IMG/VR virus record: IMGVR_UViG_3300044769_000068
Span: 1-36,619 of that record
DNA length: 36,619 nucleotides
From: a virus
Reading direction: 5' to 3' (one strand)
Position numbers and translations under genes: made by a program. Under the pieces are notes generated by a model. The model was not told where the DNA came from, ran no database searches, and saw nothing but the letters and a program-made list of their open reading frames with translations. Every line of letters starts with the position of its first letter. Positions within the stretch are counted from its first letter, which is position 1. Shown piece after piece: positions 9,902 to 19,431 of this stretch.

Positions 9902-12271
9902 ATGGCAAGACTAATGTATTACATTCCCAAGTCAGGCATCACGTATGATGACGCGGAAGCTGATAATGACTTCCACGCAATTGAAGTGATTAAGGACAGG
10001 GAAGGTGTAAAGCGAGTTCCACCAACTTGGAAGGTTTGGCTTATGAACGAAAAGAATGAATGGATTGAAATAAACCGCCGTGCCATCGCTAGGCACAGAG
10101 CAGAGGCCAAGAGACTTGGATAAGCGCCGCCAAATAGGTAAAGCTATTCTAACGATACTTAAGACTAACTTTAATATTTGTTCGCTTGGCATGATTATTT
10201 CACCACGCATGGTTACTTGGGAATACGCAATACAGTTTCGCAACGATATAAAGAAAAACTGGCGGCCAAGAGTCATACATTACTTTGTTAAAGAGCACGC
10301 TGTGTCGTTTCATAATGGCTATCATGATATTGATGCTACACATGTAGGTGGAGATACAATACTAACGATGGCCGAAAATAGATCACAAGCACCAGAACCG
10401 CCAAAACAAGCTTAGGAGGAATAGCATGTCATTAGCTAATAGTATTGGTACAGCAATTGGAGCAACAGGCATTGTCGTTTTGATTGTGTTGCTAGTCATC
10501 TTTGGACCGCTTATGGGGGTGTGGGCTATTAACACGCTATTTCACACAAATACTGCATACAACTTCTGGACGTGGCTTGCGTCTCTCTTGTTCTTCGGGA
10601 TGCTCAAGTCAGCAACTTCTAAATAAAAGGAGAAAAGAGATGAAGCTTACTTATCACGAAGTGCGCACACTTAGAACGCTTCTGAAGATTGACCCTAAGC
10701 CCGCAGTTAAGAAAATGATGTACTATCAGATTCTTGCGAACATCTTTGACGTCTCAAGGGCTTACGTAATTGACATCAAGAGAGTCCGCGTACGCAAGGG
10801 CATTAGACCGTACGGAAACTAATAGAAAGCGGTTAATTTATACATGGATCCTAAAAGCTCACAAAAGAAAGTAGACAAGGTATTCAAAGACTACTCTTAC
10901 GATCTCCACGATAAGCTGAGAGAAAATGCGGATCTTATCTACAACAAGCTGTTTCCTGTGAAGCCGTACGACCACGAGCTGTTCTCAGCAGTATGTAGCC
11001 GCTTGCTTTTAGAGTTGAGTGTCGTCTTTGCAAAAAGAAAGGGTAAGAAATATGCTAAAGGGAAAGCTAAAAAAACCACGCCATACATCGACGAGCGCAT
11101 CGGCGGCTAAAGAGCCGTGGCTGACTAGAACTCAGAAGATTGTAGCCACAATCATAAGCTGTCTTATCTTGACGGGAATGCTATGGAATTATGGGGCCAA
11201 AGCTGATGCGAGGTATGCAAAGGAAGCTGTGGTGTCAAAAGAACTATCGCAAGTCAAGACTGATATAGCAATGCTTGGAAAAGCCTTCCAGGCAGAACAA
11301 TACGATCGGTCTATTAGCAACAAGCAAGACCTGCTTCTCAAAATCAATCTCAGGCTTAAAGAGAACATTAGCCCGGCTGAAAGAGCTCAATTAGAAGAGG
11401 TTAAGCGTGGTCTTGAGATCGAACTTGAAAAGCTAAAGGATAAACAGAAGAAACTAGTCGACTAGAGGTGCCATCGATGGAAAAAGCGCCCATCATTTAC
11501 AGTGTCGTTGTTAACTATCCTGACGGACCGAAATTTAGAATTCAAGCCCCGCACAAAAAGGGCTTCCCTTCATTGGAGATGTTTCAGCGGGCGGACATGA
11601 TTCTAGACTTGACAAATAAGATTGTATTGAAAGACAAGAATTACAGGCAGTTTCATAAAGTAACGGATGAAGAAATTGCCTTGCATTCGGAGTATCCGCT
11701 TGTTTGTCTAACATGCGTCAATATTAAAAGTCAGAATGGAGTTTGCTACCTATGCTTGGGGAAACCAAAGAACATCAAGAATTGAAAGGTTGGCTTGTTG
11801 GTCGAGTGCAACAAGAAGACGCGTTTGTGCCTGAAATACTTGTCATACGTGGATTTGTAGAAGGCAGATTTACTAAATTCGCGCCGATATACTGGCTTGA
11901 TTTAGACAAGAAAATAGTAATGACCGATGAACATATCTATAAGATGGGCGAGCCTAACGATAAATGGATCAGATCTTTTCTGGCTGCTGGTAATTGCATA
12001 CACGATATCGAAATGAAAGACGACACTCACTAAACTGGAGGATTGCATGATCAGACAAAGCACAGTGATGGCTTGCAGAACACTTCGAGATGCACCTTCG
12101 GCTCCAGAAGCAAATGTAGACATTACATTGTTTGCCAATTACTATGGCACAGTGCAAGAATCTCATCAGTTCAACGACCCTGCTCTTTACACTGACAAGG
12201 GTTTGTGGGAGAGGTTAAAGATCGAATTAAGAGAAATGAAAATTTTCAGGAGAAACAAAAAGCATGCTTAA
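9902..12271 (+). other. Run of small hypothetical CDSs (9902-10123, ~10116-10415, 10426-10626 membrane, 10640-10822 HTH-like, 10844-11110, 11052-11465 TM + coiled coil, 11468-11785, 11743-12033, 12047-12271)
   Basis: Co-oriented ORFs with SD motifs; no function recognised. Confidence 0.65.
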
Positions 12272-12719
12272 AATGATTACTGTGTATTTGTCGGGCCCGA
12301 TGTATCTTGGCAAAGAACAAGCGATGTCGTGGCGCGATGACATCGAATTTCATTTGATTAAGTGGAATAATGATGTTGGACAACTTGCAAGGATTAGAAT
12401 TGAAACGTTGAATCCTTGCAATCGATGGCTTGAAAAGGGTGGCGAACTTGAAGCTGAAGGACCATATGTTGTTCAGATGGACAAGATGGAGATCGCTAAG
12501 TCCGACGTCTTAATCGTCAATGCAACTAATCCTGGTTGGGGCACTCCAATGGAACAATTTATTGGGTGGCAATCTGGTAAAATGGTTATATGTTTTTCCG
12601 ATTGCGACTTTCCGTCAATTTGGGCTAAAGCTCATAGCCACAAGATGTGTCGTACTCACATAGAGGCGATTACGTGGCTGTGTAATGTCGCGTCTAGACA
12701 ATTAGCAAGGGCAGTGTAA
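12264..12719 (+). CDS. Nucleoside 2-deoxyribosyltransferase / nucleotide N-hydrolase-like protein
   Basis: VYLSGPM...WR...NP...D..SDVLIVN...GT.ME pattern. Confidence 0.65.
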   Translation: MLKMITVYLSGPMYLGKEQAMSWRDDIEFHLIKWNNDVGQLARIRIETLNPCNRWLEKGGELEAEGPYVVQMDKMEIAKSDVLIVNATNPGWGTPMEQFIGWQSGKMVICFSDCDFPSIWAKAHSHKMCRTHIEAITWLCNVASRQLARAV

Positions 12720-13624
12720 TGAATCCTTATAATATTTGCTACTGGGATATCTCGGGCGTGTGCAACGCTGCTTGCAAGTATTGTCCTAGTGGAAGCAGAA
12801 ACCTTTTGGGAAATATACACAAGAAGCAGGCAGGATTTCTATCATCAGAGAATTTTAGCGACGGCTTGATTTTTCTTAGAGACAAAGGAGTTATTGATCC
12901 AAAGTCTACGCACATGGGTCTTTATAGCTGGGGAGAGCCGTTTCTACATCCGCAATTTGAAGAGATGATGGACGTCGTTTCGGACTTGCATTTCGGCTAT
13001 TCACTTAGTACCAATGCATCAGTAGTAAAAGAAATACCAAGGCTAGCTCTTCTTAAGCTAATGGAGATAAAATTTTCAATGCCGGGCTTTAGCCAGACAA
13101 GTTATGATAAGCAGCATGGGTTTAATTTTGAAACAATTTGCAGAAACATTATCGATACAGTTAATTATATCAGATGGTTTACTCCAAGTGTTTCATTTAG
13201 CTTAGTGTTCCAAGTGTACGAATCTAATAAGCATGAAATGTACGAGGCTCAATCATTCAGTAACAAGTTGGGCATGCATTTTCAGCCCATTTGGGCTCAT
13301 CTTACTGGTCTTACAATGCCGACGATGGGACCGCCACAGCCAAATGATTTTTGTGTTGATGTATGGGACGAAATTAAGCGCCAGCAACCACCCAATTGGC
13401 TATGCATGCAATACGACATATTAGTTCTGGATGAATATAGTAACGTTGTTCAGTGTTGCGTTTCAGAAAGATCTATTCCAAGCTATGTGTTGGGTAACAT
13501 CAAAGAGATTGATTTTGAGAATTTGAGACATCTGCGCGAAAGCAATCCTATGTGTAAGCAGTGCATCGAATCGGGAACTGGTTTTTTAGCCCACCACGTA
13601 AGTGGCGCATTTAAGAGGATATGA
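12719..13624 (+). CDS. Radical SAM protein with C-terminal SPASM/twitch-like cysteines
   Basis: CNAACKYC, WGEPFLHP, STNA, C-terminal C..CC...CKQC. Confidence 0.85.
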   Translation: MNPYNICYWDISGVCNAACKYCPSGSRNLLGNIHKKQAGFLSSENFSDGLIFLRDKGVIDPKSTHMGLYSWGEPFLHPQFEEMMDVVSDLHFGYSLSTNASVVKEIPRLALLKLMEIKFSMPGFSQTSYDKQHGFNFETICRNIIDTVNYIRWFTPSVSFSLVFQVYESNKHEMYEAQSFSNKLGMHFQPIWAHLTGLTMPTMGPPQPNDFCVDVWDEIKRQQPPNWLCMQYDILVLDEYSNVVQCCVSERSIPSYVLGNIKEIDFENLRHLRESNPMCKQCIESGTGFLAHHVSGAFKRI

Positions 13625-13625
13625 T

Positions 13626-13904
13626 ATGCCATATATTAAGAAAGAGCAGAGAGAAAGAATTCTTAAAGAGTTTGGTCATGGAACTAAATACATTGTGATA
13701 GATGCTATCAATCTCTCGGGCGAACTGAACTACGCTATTACAGTGCTTCTTAATAGATGGCTTGAACGAAATGGCGTCAACTATACAGAACTCAATATGC
13801 TAATGGGCGTGCTTGAATGCGCTAAACTAGAACTGTATAGACGGATTGCCGCCCCGTATGAGGATGAGAAAATACAACAGAATGGAGATGTTTACCCTGT
13901 ATGA
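13626..13904 (+). CDS. Conserved-type phage hypothetical protein
   Basis: MPYIK...GELNY...LECAKLELYRR..APYED.KI..NGDVY. Confidence 0.7.
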   Translation: MPYIKKEQRERILKEFGHGTKYIVIDAINLSGELNYAITVLLNRWLERNGVNYTELNMLMGVLECAKLELYRRIAAPYEDEKIQQNGDVYPV

Positions 13905-14071
13905 AAACTGTTACTATTAACAAAACGATACACGCTGTTACGTATAGATGTATCAAAAGTACAGTTTGTGGCATGCCAATTCCTGAGAACTCGTTGTTCC
14001 TTGAAAGAAAGTCTCTTTGGGAGACAACCTGCGCTAAGTGTAAGAAGATACTCTCGCCCTTAAAATAGTTG

Positions 14072-14100
14072 TGTACAATCAAGACTCCATTTGATATAAT
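14072..14100 (+). promoter_or_regulatory. Phage promoter
   Basis: TGTACA-N17-TATAAT. Confidence 0.8.
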
Positions 14101-14126
14101 GTTTTTATATTAATTAGGAGGTGCAT

Positions 14127-15098
14127 ATGCCCGTCCAGCCGCTTCAACAGATTGCCCCACAAGTTGCCAGAGGTAAGTTCGATGAGTCCTTATGGGCTAA
14201 TCAGAACTATGTTGCTCAAGAGAAGCTCGACGGCGAGCGCTTCAAAATGCATTTCTTTGAAAACGAAAACAGGTTTGATTCCCGTTCGATTTCCAAGAAA
14301 ACTGATCGCTTTACTGAGAAAACGGACAACGTACCACACCTTCGTGACTTTGTAGTGCCCTCGTTGAACGGTACAGTTCTTGATGGCGAAATCAAGTTTG
14401 GTGGAGATAGCATGTCAACCTCAACCATAATGGGCTGTTTGGCCGATGAAGCTGTTAACCGTCAGCGGGAAGCGGGAAAATGGGTTAAGTACTATGTTTT
14501 CGATATCATTTTCTTTAAGGGCAAGGATGTAAGAGATCTTTCATTCATCAAAAGAATGGAGATTTTGCACAAGATATTTAATGACTATTTAGCCTGTAGC
14601 ACAAACTTTATTTTGCCAGTATATACATATGATCACAAGAAACAGTTTTGCGATGATGTCTGGGCTCATGGAGGCGAAGGCGTCATCCTCAAAGATGTTA
14701 GAGCTCCGTATACTGACAAGAAAGCGTGGGTCAAAGTTAAGGCACAGGCGACCTATGATGTCGTCGTTATGGGCTACGAAGAGCCTGAGGCTGAGTCGAT
14801 TAAGAAGGGTGATGACAAGGCTACCATTACTAGACTGGCAGCGAATGGTTGGATTGGCACAGTCGTTTTCGGACAGTATAATAATGGTGAATTGCAGTGC
14901 TTTGGTAAGTGCTCCGGTATGAACGATGCTGATAGAGAGAAGTTCTCTAGGAATAGGGAAAAGATGTTGGGCACGGTCATTAAGATCGAGGCTCAATCAA
15001 GAATCCCTAAGACTGGTTATTTCCGGCATCCTCGGTATCTTGGCATCAGGGAAGATAAGAACGCTGACCAGTGCTTGTTTTACGAAGGAGAGAAATGA
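14127..15098 (+). CDS. ATP-dependent DNA ligase
   Basis: Motif I EKLDGER, III LDGE, IIIa YYVFDI, IV EGVILK, V WVKVK, VI FRHPRY..IREDK; SD AGGAGG. Confidence 0.92.
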   Translation: MPVQPLQQIAPQVARGKFDESLWANQNYVAQEKLDGERFKMHFFENENRFDSRSISKKTDRFTEKTDNVPHLRDFVVPSLNGTVLDGEIKFGGDSMSTSTIMGCLADEAVNRQREAGKWVKYYVFDIIFFKGKDVRDLSFIKRMEILHKIFNDYLACSTNFILPVYTYDHKKQFCDDVWAHGGEGVILKDVRAPYTDKKAWVKVKAQATYDVVVMGYEEPEAESIKKGDDKATITRLAANGWIGTVVFGQYNNGELQCFGKCSGMNDADREKFSRNREKMLGTVIKIEAQSRIPKTGYFRHPRYLGIREDKNADQCLFYEGEK

Positions 15099-15295
15099 CC
15101 ACTACAGTAAAACAACTGATTGAATGGCTCAAAACGCAGGACGAAAACAAGCCAATCCATGTCATGCGGGAATACCACTGTGGTGGTTACATGGGCTATG
15201 CAACTGAATTTGTCGATCTTGTGATCCCTGACGAGCATGATTATTCCCCAAATGCAGATGTTTACGATACGTGGATTTCTTTTGGTGAAAGATAG
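15095..15295 (+). CDS. Hypothetical protein
   Basis: ATGA overlap; MTTTVKQLIEWLK. Confidence 0.6.
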   Translation: MTTTVKQLIEWLKTQDENKPIHVMREYHCGGYMGYATEFVDLVIPDEHDYSPNADVYDTWISFGER

Positions 15296-15298
15296 TCG

Positions 15299-15327
15299 TT
15301 TACAATCCTCTAGTTTTATGATATAAT
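15299..15327 (+). promoter_or_regulatory. Phage promoter variant
   Basis: TTTACA-N17-TATAAT with TG. Confidence 0.7.
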
Positions 15328-15350
15328 GATTTAGATGATGGAGGTGGTGA

Positions 15351-15836
15351 ATGGCTAAGAAGCCTCGTGTAAGAGTTACTGAAGAGAATATAGCAAAAGC
15401 ACGCAAGAAGATTAAGGAAACCCCAAAGAGGGGTAGATGGCCAAGATTTACTGACATTCATAAGTGCGACTTGTCTGACTATATTTCGTGTTTCAACAAC
15501 CCTGAGCTTGTAATTTATCACGAGAAATATAAGAACGCTTGTTTCATAAGAATATTAGAATCTTGGGGACAAATAGTTCTAGTTAAGGACAAGTGGCATC
15601 CCGAACCGACACGAGAAGTAAAAACGCTGGCTACCATAAGATTTTACTGTGAATCTTGGTCGCCGGATAGTGCTACTCCGTTAATAGACACTGAGTGCAT
15701 GTATAGATGCGATAGAGTTTCTTGTCCTTATTATAGGAAGGGTTTCATAACAGAAACGCTTAAAAACAAGACATTTGCTGAAGATATTAAACACGAACTT
15801 AACAAACAACATAATATAAAACAAGAAACCGAGTAG
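15351..15836 (+). CDS. Hypothetical protein
   Basis: SD GGAGG; basic N-terminus. Confidence 0.7.
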   Translation: MAKKPRVRVTEENIAKARKKIKETPKRGRWPRFTDIHKCDLSDYISCFNNPELVIYHEKYKNACFIRILESWGQIVLVKDKWHPEPTREVKTLATIRFYCESWSPDSATPLIDTECMYRCDRVSCPYYRKGFITETLKNKTFAEDIKHELNKQHNIKQETE

Positions 15837-15942
15837 ATTTTAGTAATATAATATATAGTCACGAAGATTAAAGAGGTCGGGTTTGCGGTTATCCACCCAG
15901 GGTTGCTAGCACCTGATTGAGGGTTTTGAAAAAACCGCGCAC

Positions 15943-16016
15943 GCTTACGTAGCATAACGGCTTAATGTCCTACCCTGTCACGGTAGTGGATGCCGGTTCG
16001 AATCCGGTCGTAGGCG
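15943..16016 (+). tRNA. tRNA-Asp(GTC)
   Basis: Cloverleaf; CTACC-ctGTCac-GGTAG; GGTTCGAATCC. Confidence 0.92.
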
Positions 16017-16079
16017 CATCGCTCACCCACCAAAGTGGGAGGAGTGTTCGGAGCCGTCTTACAAAGGCGGTTCCAGTAT

Positions 16080-16155
16080 CCGGGTGTAGCTCAGTCTGGT
16101 TCAGAGCACTGCGTTTGGGGCGCAGGGGTCAGAGGTTCGAATCCTCTTACCCGGA
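16080..16155 (+). tRNA. tRNA-Pro(TGG)
   Basis: Cloverleaf; CTGCG-ttTGGgg-CGCAG. Confidence 0.92.
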
Positions 16156-16355
16156 CATGGGTGATGGTAGAAGCAACGATAGGGTTCGATCCCTACAATA
16201 GCAGAAAGCCTGATCCCACAAACAATTGGGACATGGGTTATTTTCCCCTTTCTCCCAAGGCTCTGTGTTCTCTGCGGAGGCAGTCTACGAAGGATGCTAT
16301 CACTTTTGTAGGACACGCTCCGGTAAACAGCCAGCACGGACGATAGCATATATAT

Positions 16356-16432
16356 CTACGTGTAAGTCAGCCAGGATCTAGACGACTCGGCCTGGAACCG
16401 AGAGGACGCTGGTTCGAATCCAGCCACGTAGA
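16356..16432 (+). tRNA. tRNA-Pro(TGG), atypical C33/A37
   Basis: CTCGG-ccTGGaa-CCGAG; canonical T arm. Confidence 0.8.
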
Positions 16433-16485
16433 CATAGTATACTCACAGAGCCTCTATTTATAAGCGCAAACGCTGTGAGTTTTAT

Positions 16486-16556
16486 GGCCTCATAGGTAAT
16501 TGGTATACCGTCACGTTTACACCGTGAAGTGGGTGGTTCGATTCCATCTGGGGCTA
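16486..16556 (+). tRNA. tRNA-Val(TAC)
   Basis: TCACG-ttTACac-CGTGA. Confidence 0.9.
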
Positions 16557-16609
16557 ATGTTCACTTTTCTTGTATGTTCATGAGACGTGAACATGTAGTA
16601 AAAATGAAC

Positions 16610-16685
16610 GGTGGTCGTGGTGAAGAGGTTTTAACACGGTTGGTTGTGACCCAACTATGCGCGGGTTCGAATCCCGTCGATCACC
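16610..16685 (+). tRNA. tRNA-His(GTG)
   Basis: G-1:C73; GTTGG-ttGTGac-CCAAC. Confidence 0.92.
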
Positions 16686-16702
16686 CAGAAACAGGAGGCA
16701 TC

Positions 16703-17239
16703 ATGGACAGCAGAGTACTTCTCTTAAATTCAAGCTACGAACCAGTAAGCCTTATCAGTGCCGAGCGTGCTATTGTGTTGTGGTATTCAGGTAAGGTCAC
16801 TGTTGTAGCTGAAAGAGATATTACTTGGAGATCAGTTTCTGTTGCCATCAAGGTGCCTTCAGTAGTTAGACTTATAAACTATGTGAGAGGACTTACTGGT
16901 CTTCGAAACATTGTAAAGCTCACTAGAAAGAACATTCTTCTTAGAGATGCTTATACTTGTCAGTACTGCGGTAAGAAAGCTGGCCCTGACAAGCTTAACA
17001 TCGACCACATCGTCCCTAAGGGCCAGGGTGGTAAGAGTGAATGGACCAATTTGGTGACTGCATGTATCCCATGTAATAGCTCTAAGGATTGTCAGACGCC
17101 AAAGCAAGCAGGCATGACTTTGAGAAAGTCGCCAAAGAAGCCAGACTTTTTGGTGTTCACTATTCATCGTCATATCAAGAACGTTCCAGAGGATTGGAGA
17201 TCATATCTCTACTGGAATACGGAAATAGATCAAGCGTAA
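16703..17239 (+). CDS. HNH endonuclease (McrA-like)
   Basis: SD AGGAGG before MDSRVLLLN; RDAYTCQYCG, IDHIVP, WTNLVTACIPCN; the upstream extension in the ORF track overlaps tRNAs. Confidence 0.9.
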   Translation: MDSRVLLLNSSYEPVSLISAERAIVLWYSGKVTVVAERDITWRSVSVAIKVPSVVRLINYVRGLTGLRNIVKLTRKNILLRDAYTCQYCGKKAGPDKLNIDHIVPKGQGGKSEWTNLVTACIPCNSSKDCQTPKQAGMTLRKSPKKPDFLVFTIHRHIKNVPEDWRSYLYWNTEIDQA

Positions 17240-17242
17240 TGG

Positions 17243-17271
17243 TGTACAAATAATTCTACTTGTGATATAGT
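17243..17271 (+). promoter_or_regulatory. Phage promoter
   Basis: TGTACA-N17-TATAGT. Confidence 0.75.
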
Positions 17272-17279
17272 AGAATCAT

Positions 17280-17712
17280 AATCAGGAAGCCCTTGATGTT
17301 GGATGGGCGTTAATAAACTCCTCCCTCCTGGTTATTGTGGCAAGACTCGGCAGACTACCGTTGAAGCCGTTCGCCCTGGATTCAGGGGATGGTGGAGGAA
17401 TCTGGAAGGGATAGCGGCCGCTTACCTTCACGGTCTGATCAACCGCTTGGGCCGATGGTGGGGATCCGAATCCGAGATATAATCGATCCCATTTATTACC
17501 CTTGGTTGCCGGAGCCAAATTGAAAACCGGTGGTTGTGTAGACTAATTAAGGTTTAGGGTAAGCCTCCTGAGTAGCCTAGAGGGCGAAAAGGTGATTTCT
17601 CGAGATAAAAACCCTTTTAGTTTAACTGTGGTTAGAGCGTTAGTAGGTTCATCATTGTTGGCTCATAAAAGCAAGACTAGTTGCCAGATCTAGAAATTAA
17701 AACTGGCTTTTA
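17280..17712 (+). ncRNA. Candidate large structured ncRNA, family unknown
   Basis: No credible ORF; starts right after a promoter; many helices. Confidence 0.5.
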
Positions 17713-17713
17713 T

Positions 17714-17786
17714 GGACCCATATACTAATGGTTAGGTAACGGGCCTTTCAAGTCCGGAGCGGTGAGATCAATACTCCCTGGGTCTA
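17714..17786 (+). tRNA. tRNA-Glu(TTC), atypical T loop ATCAATA
   Basis: CGGGC-ctTTCaa-GTCCG. Confidence 0.8.
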
Positions 17787-17850
17787 ATTATTTATTCAAG
17801 CTTAACGCAAAAAGTTCGAATTATCTCCTAATTTAGAATATAAGGAGATA

Positions 17851-18510
17851 ATGATGAATTGTGAAAAATGTAATAAAGAACATGACGGCAAGTACGGTTC
17901 TGGTAGATTCTGTTCTCGGAAATGCGCCAATAGTAGAATTCGTTCAGAAGAAACTAGAAAGAAAATCGCATTAAATACTACGTATCATTTTGTCGAACGA
18001 GTTTTGTTTAAGTGTGCTCATTGTAAGAAAGAAGTAATTTTTAAAAAATCTTATTTAAAGCTAAAGAAAACGGGATGTTGTTCTAAGTGTTTTCGATTGT
18101 CTAAAGAATATAAGAAAGCATTAAAGAAGGGCTGTTCCAGTAACGGCGGATATAGAGTCGGTTCAGGAAATGGTTTAAGAGGAATATATCAAGGATTTTG
18201 GTGCGACTCGTCTTGGGAGTTAGCTTTTGTAATATATAATATTGATCACCAAATTTCGTTTGAGAGAAATAATAAGCCGTATGTATATGAATTTGAAGGG
18301 CGGAGAAGGTATTACCCAGATTTTATTATAGATGATGTTTTCTATGAAATCAAGGGCTATCATTTTCCAGAAGCCACAAAGGCGAAGTTGAAGTATTTTC
18401 CGCACAAAATAGTTTTAATAGGGAAAAAAGAGATTAAGCCGTATTTAGAATATGTTGAACAAAAATACGGAAAAGATTTTGTAAGGCTCTATGAAGTTTG
18501 CCCTCATTAG
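17851..18510 (+). mobile_element. Free-standing putative homing endonuclease (Zn-finger + PD-(D/E)xK)
   Basis: CEKC/FCSRKC; DSSWELAF; YYPDF...EIKGY; AT-rich relative to flanks. Confidence 0.75.
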
Positions 18511-18542
18511 GCATGGGACGAGGTTCAACTCCTCAAAGGGCG
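18498..18542 (+). pseudogene. 3' remnant of a CAT-anticodon tRNA
   Basis: TGCC-ctCATta-GGCA arm, GAGG-TTCAACT-CCTC T arm and 3' acceptor strand; no 5' half. Confidence 0.55.
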
Positions 18543-18544
18543 CA

Positions 18545-18840
18545 TATGCGCGGTGCCAGAGTGTGTGATGTCCATCGATCACAATGGGCGCTTAGGAAGT
18601 CGGGAAGCGGCGCATGGCTAGAAGGAAACGGTAACGGTGTGGAGGATTGGGACAACCCTGACTCTTTCCCAGTCCAAGCGCGAAGTCGGTCGGTAGCTCA
18701 CTCTAATGAGCAGAAGGCGGCCGCTTGAGTGTAAAATCACTCATCTACGTTGAGAGGTGGCGACGGCCACTTTGAGTAGATTGCCGGAATAACCTATTCT
18801 TTGGGCCAGTCCGATGCAAGCTAAAGCATCGCCCGCATAT
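18545..18840 (+). ncRNA. Candidate structured ncRNA (~295 nt), family unknown
   Basis: Closed by ATGCG/CGCAT; about 7 internal hairpins; no credible ORF. Confidence 0.55.
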
Positions 18841-18842
18841 AT

Positions 18843-18916
18843 GTCCCTGTCATCTAGCAGGCTAAGGATGGTGGCCCCTCAAGCCATCCACAGGGGTTCA
18901 AATCCCCTCAGGGACA
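18843..18916 (+). tRNA. tRNA-Glu(CTC), C33
   Basis: GTGGC-ccCTCaa-GCCAT. Confidence 0.85.
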
Positions 18917-18960
18917 CAAACAGGGGAAGCGATTATCTGTATAAAATATACGCTTAATAC

Positions 18961-19044
18961 GCCGTCGTAGACATCTATGGAGGGTGGCCAGGCTGTAACC
19001 CTGGCGTCTATGAGGCCATCTAGGTTCGATTCCTGGCGGCGGCA
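18961..19044 (+). tRNA. tRNA-Tyr(GTA)
   Basis: CCAGG-ctGTAac-CCTGG, long V arm. Confidence 0.88.
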
Positions 19045-19046
19045 CA

Positions 19047-19122
19047 TGGCGTGGATAATCCGACAAGGGTTAGAGACGGGGTTGACAAGACCTGCGGTCA
19101 CCAGAATTAACTGGCACGTCAA
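19047..19122 (+). ncRNA. Degenerate tRNA-like RNA
   Basis: TGGCGTG/CACGTCA acceptor, TAATCC/GGGTTA D arm, CCAG-AATTAA-CTGG T-like arm; anticodon ambiguous. Confidence 0.5.
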
Positions 19123-19125
19123 CAT

Positions 19126-19200
19126 GGGCTTGTGGTGTTAATGGATTAGCACACTCGGCTTTTAACCGATGGGGTGGGGGTTCGAGTCCTCCCAGGCCTA
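19126..19200 (+). tRNA. tRNA-Lys(TTT)
   Basis: TCGG-ctTTTaa-CCGA. Confidence 0.88.
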
Positions 19201-19203
19201 ATT

Positions 19204-19277
19204 GCTCCGGTAGTATAACGGTTTATTATAGCCGGCTCTTACCCGGTCAGATCGGGGTTCAAATCCTCGTCGGAGCA
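19204..19277 (+). tRNA. tRNA-Lys(CTT)
   Basis: GCCGG-ctCTTac-CCGGT. Confidence 0.9.
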
Positions 19278-19280
19278 CAT

Positions 19281-19352
19281 GTCCTTTTAGTGAAATGGAT
19301 CTCACGCAATGTTCCTACCGTTGAATTGTAGGTTCGATTCCTACAAAGGACA
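19281..19352 (+). tRNA. tRNA-Arg(CCT)
   Basis: CAATG-ttCCTac-CGTTG. Confidence 0.88.
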
Positions 19353-19431
19353 CATATAAGATAGCGCTGGGGTAAGGCTGACCACCCCAGTCCGGTTAGC
19401 TGGTCACTAATTGGACTCCTGGCGCTTATAA

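Noticed and set aside
15965-16346. ORFs 15965-16201 and 16035-16346, and other ORFs or 5' extensions across tRNAs (16529, 19787, 21054, 21500, 26291, 33015)
   Set aside because: They overlap clear tRNA genes; better SD-led starts exist downstream where a real gene follows.
17790-18545. Group I intron around the endonuclease (also considered for 27170-27871)
   Set aside because: No P7-type core or matching 5' exon was recognised; both appear free-standing.
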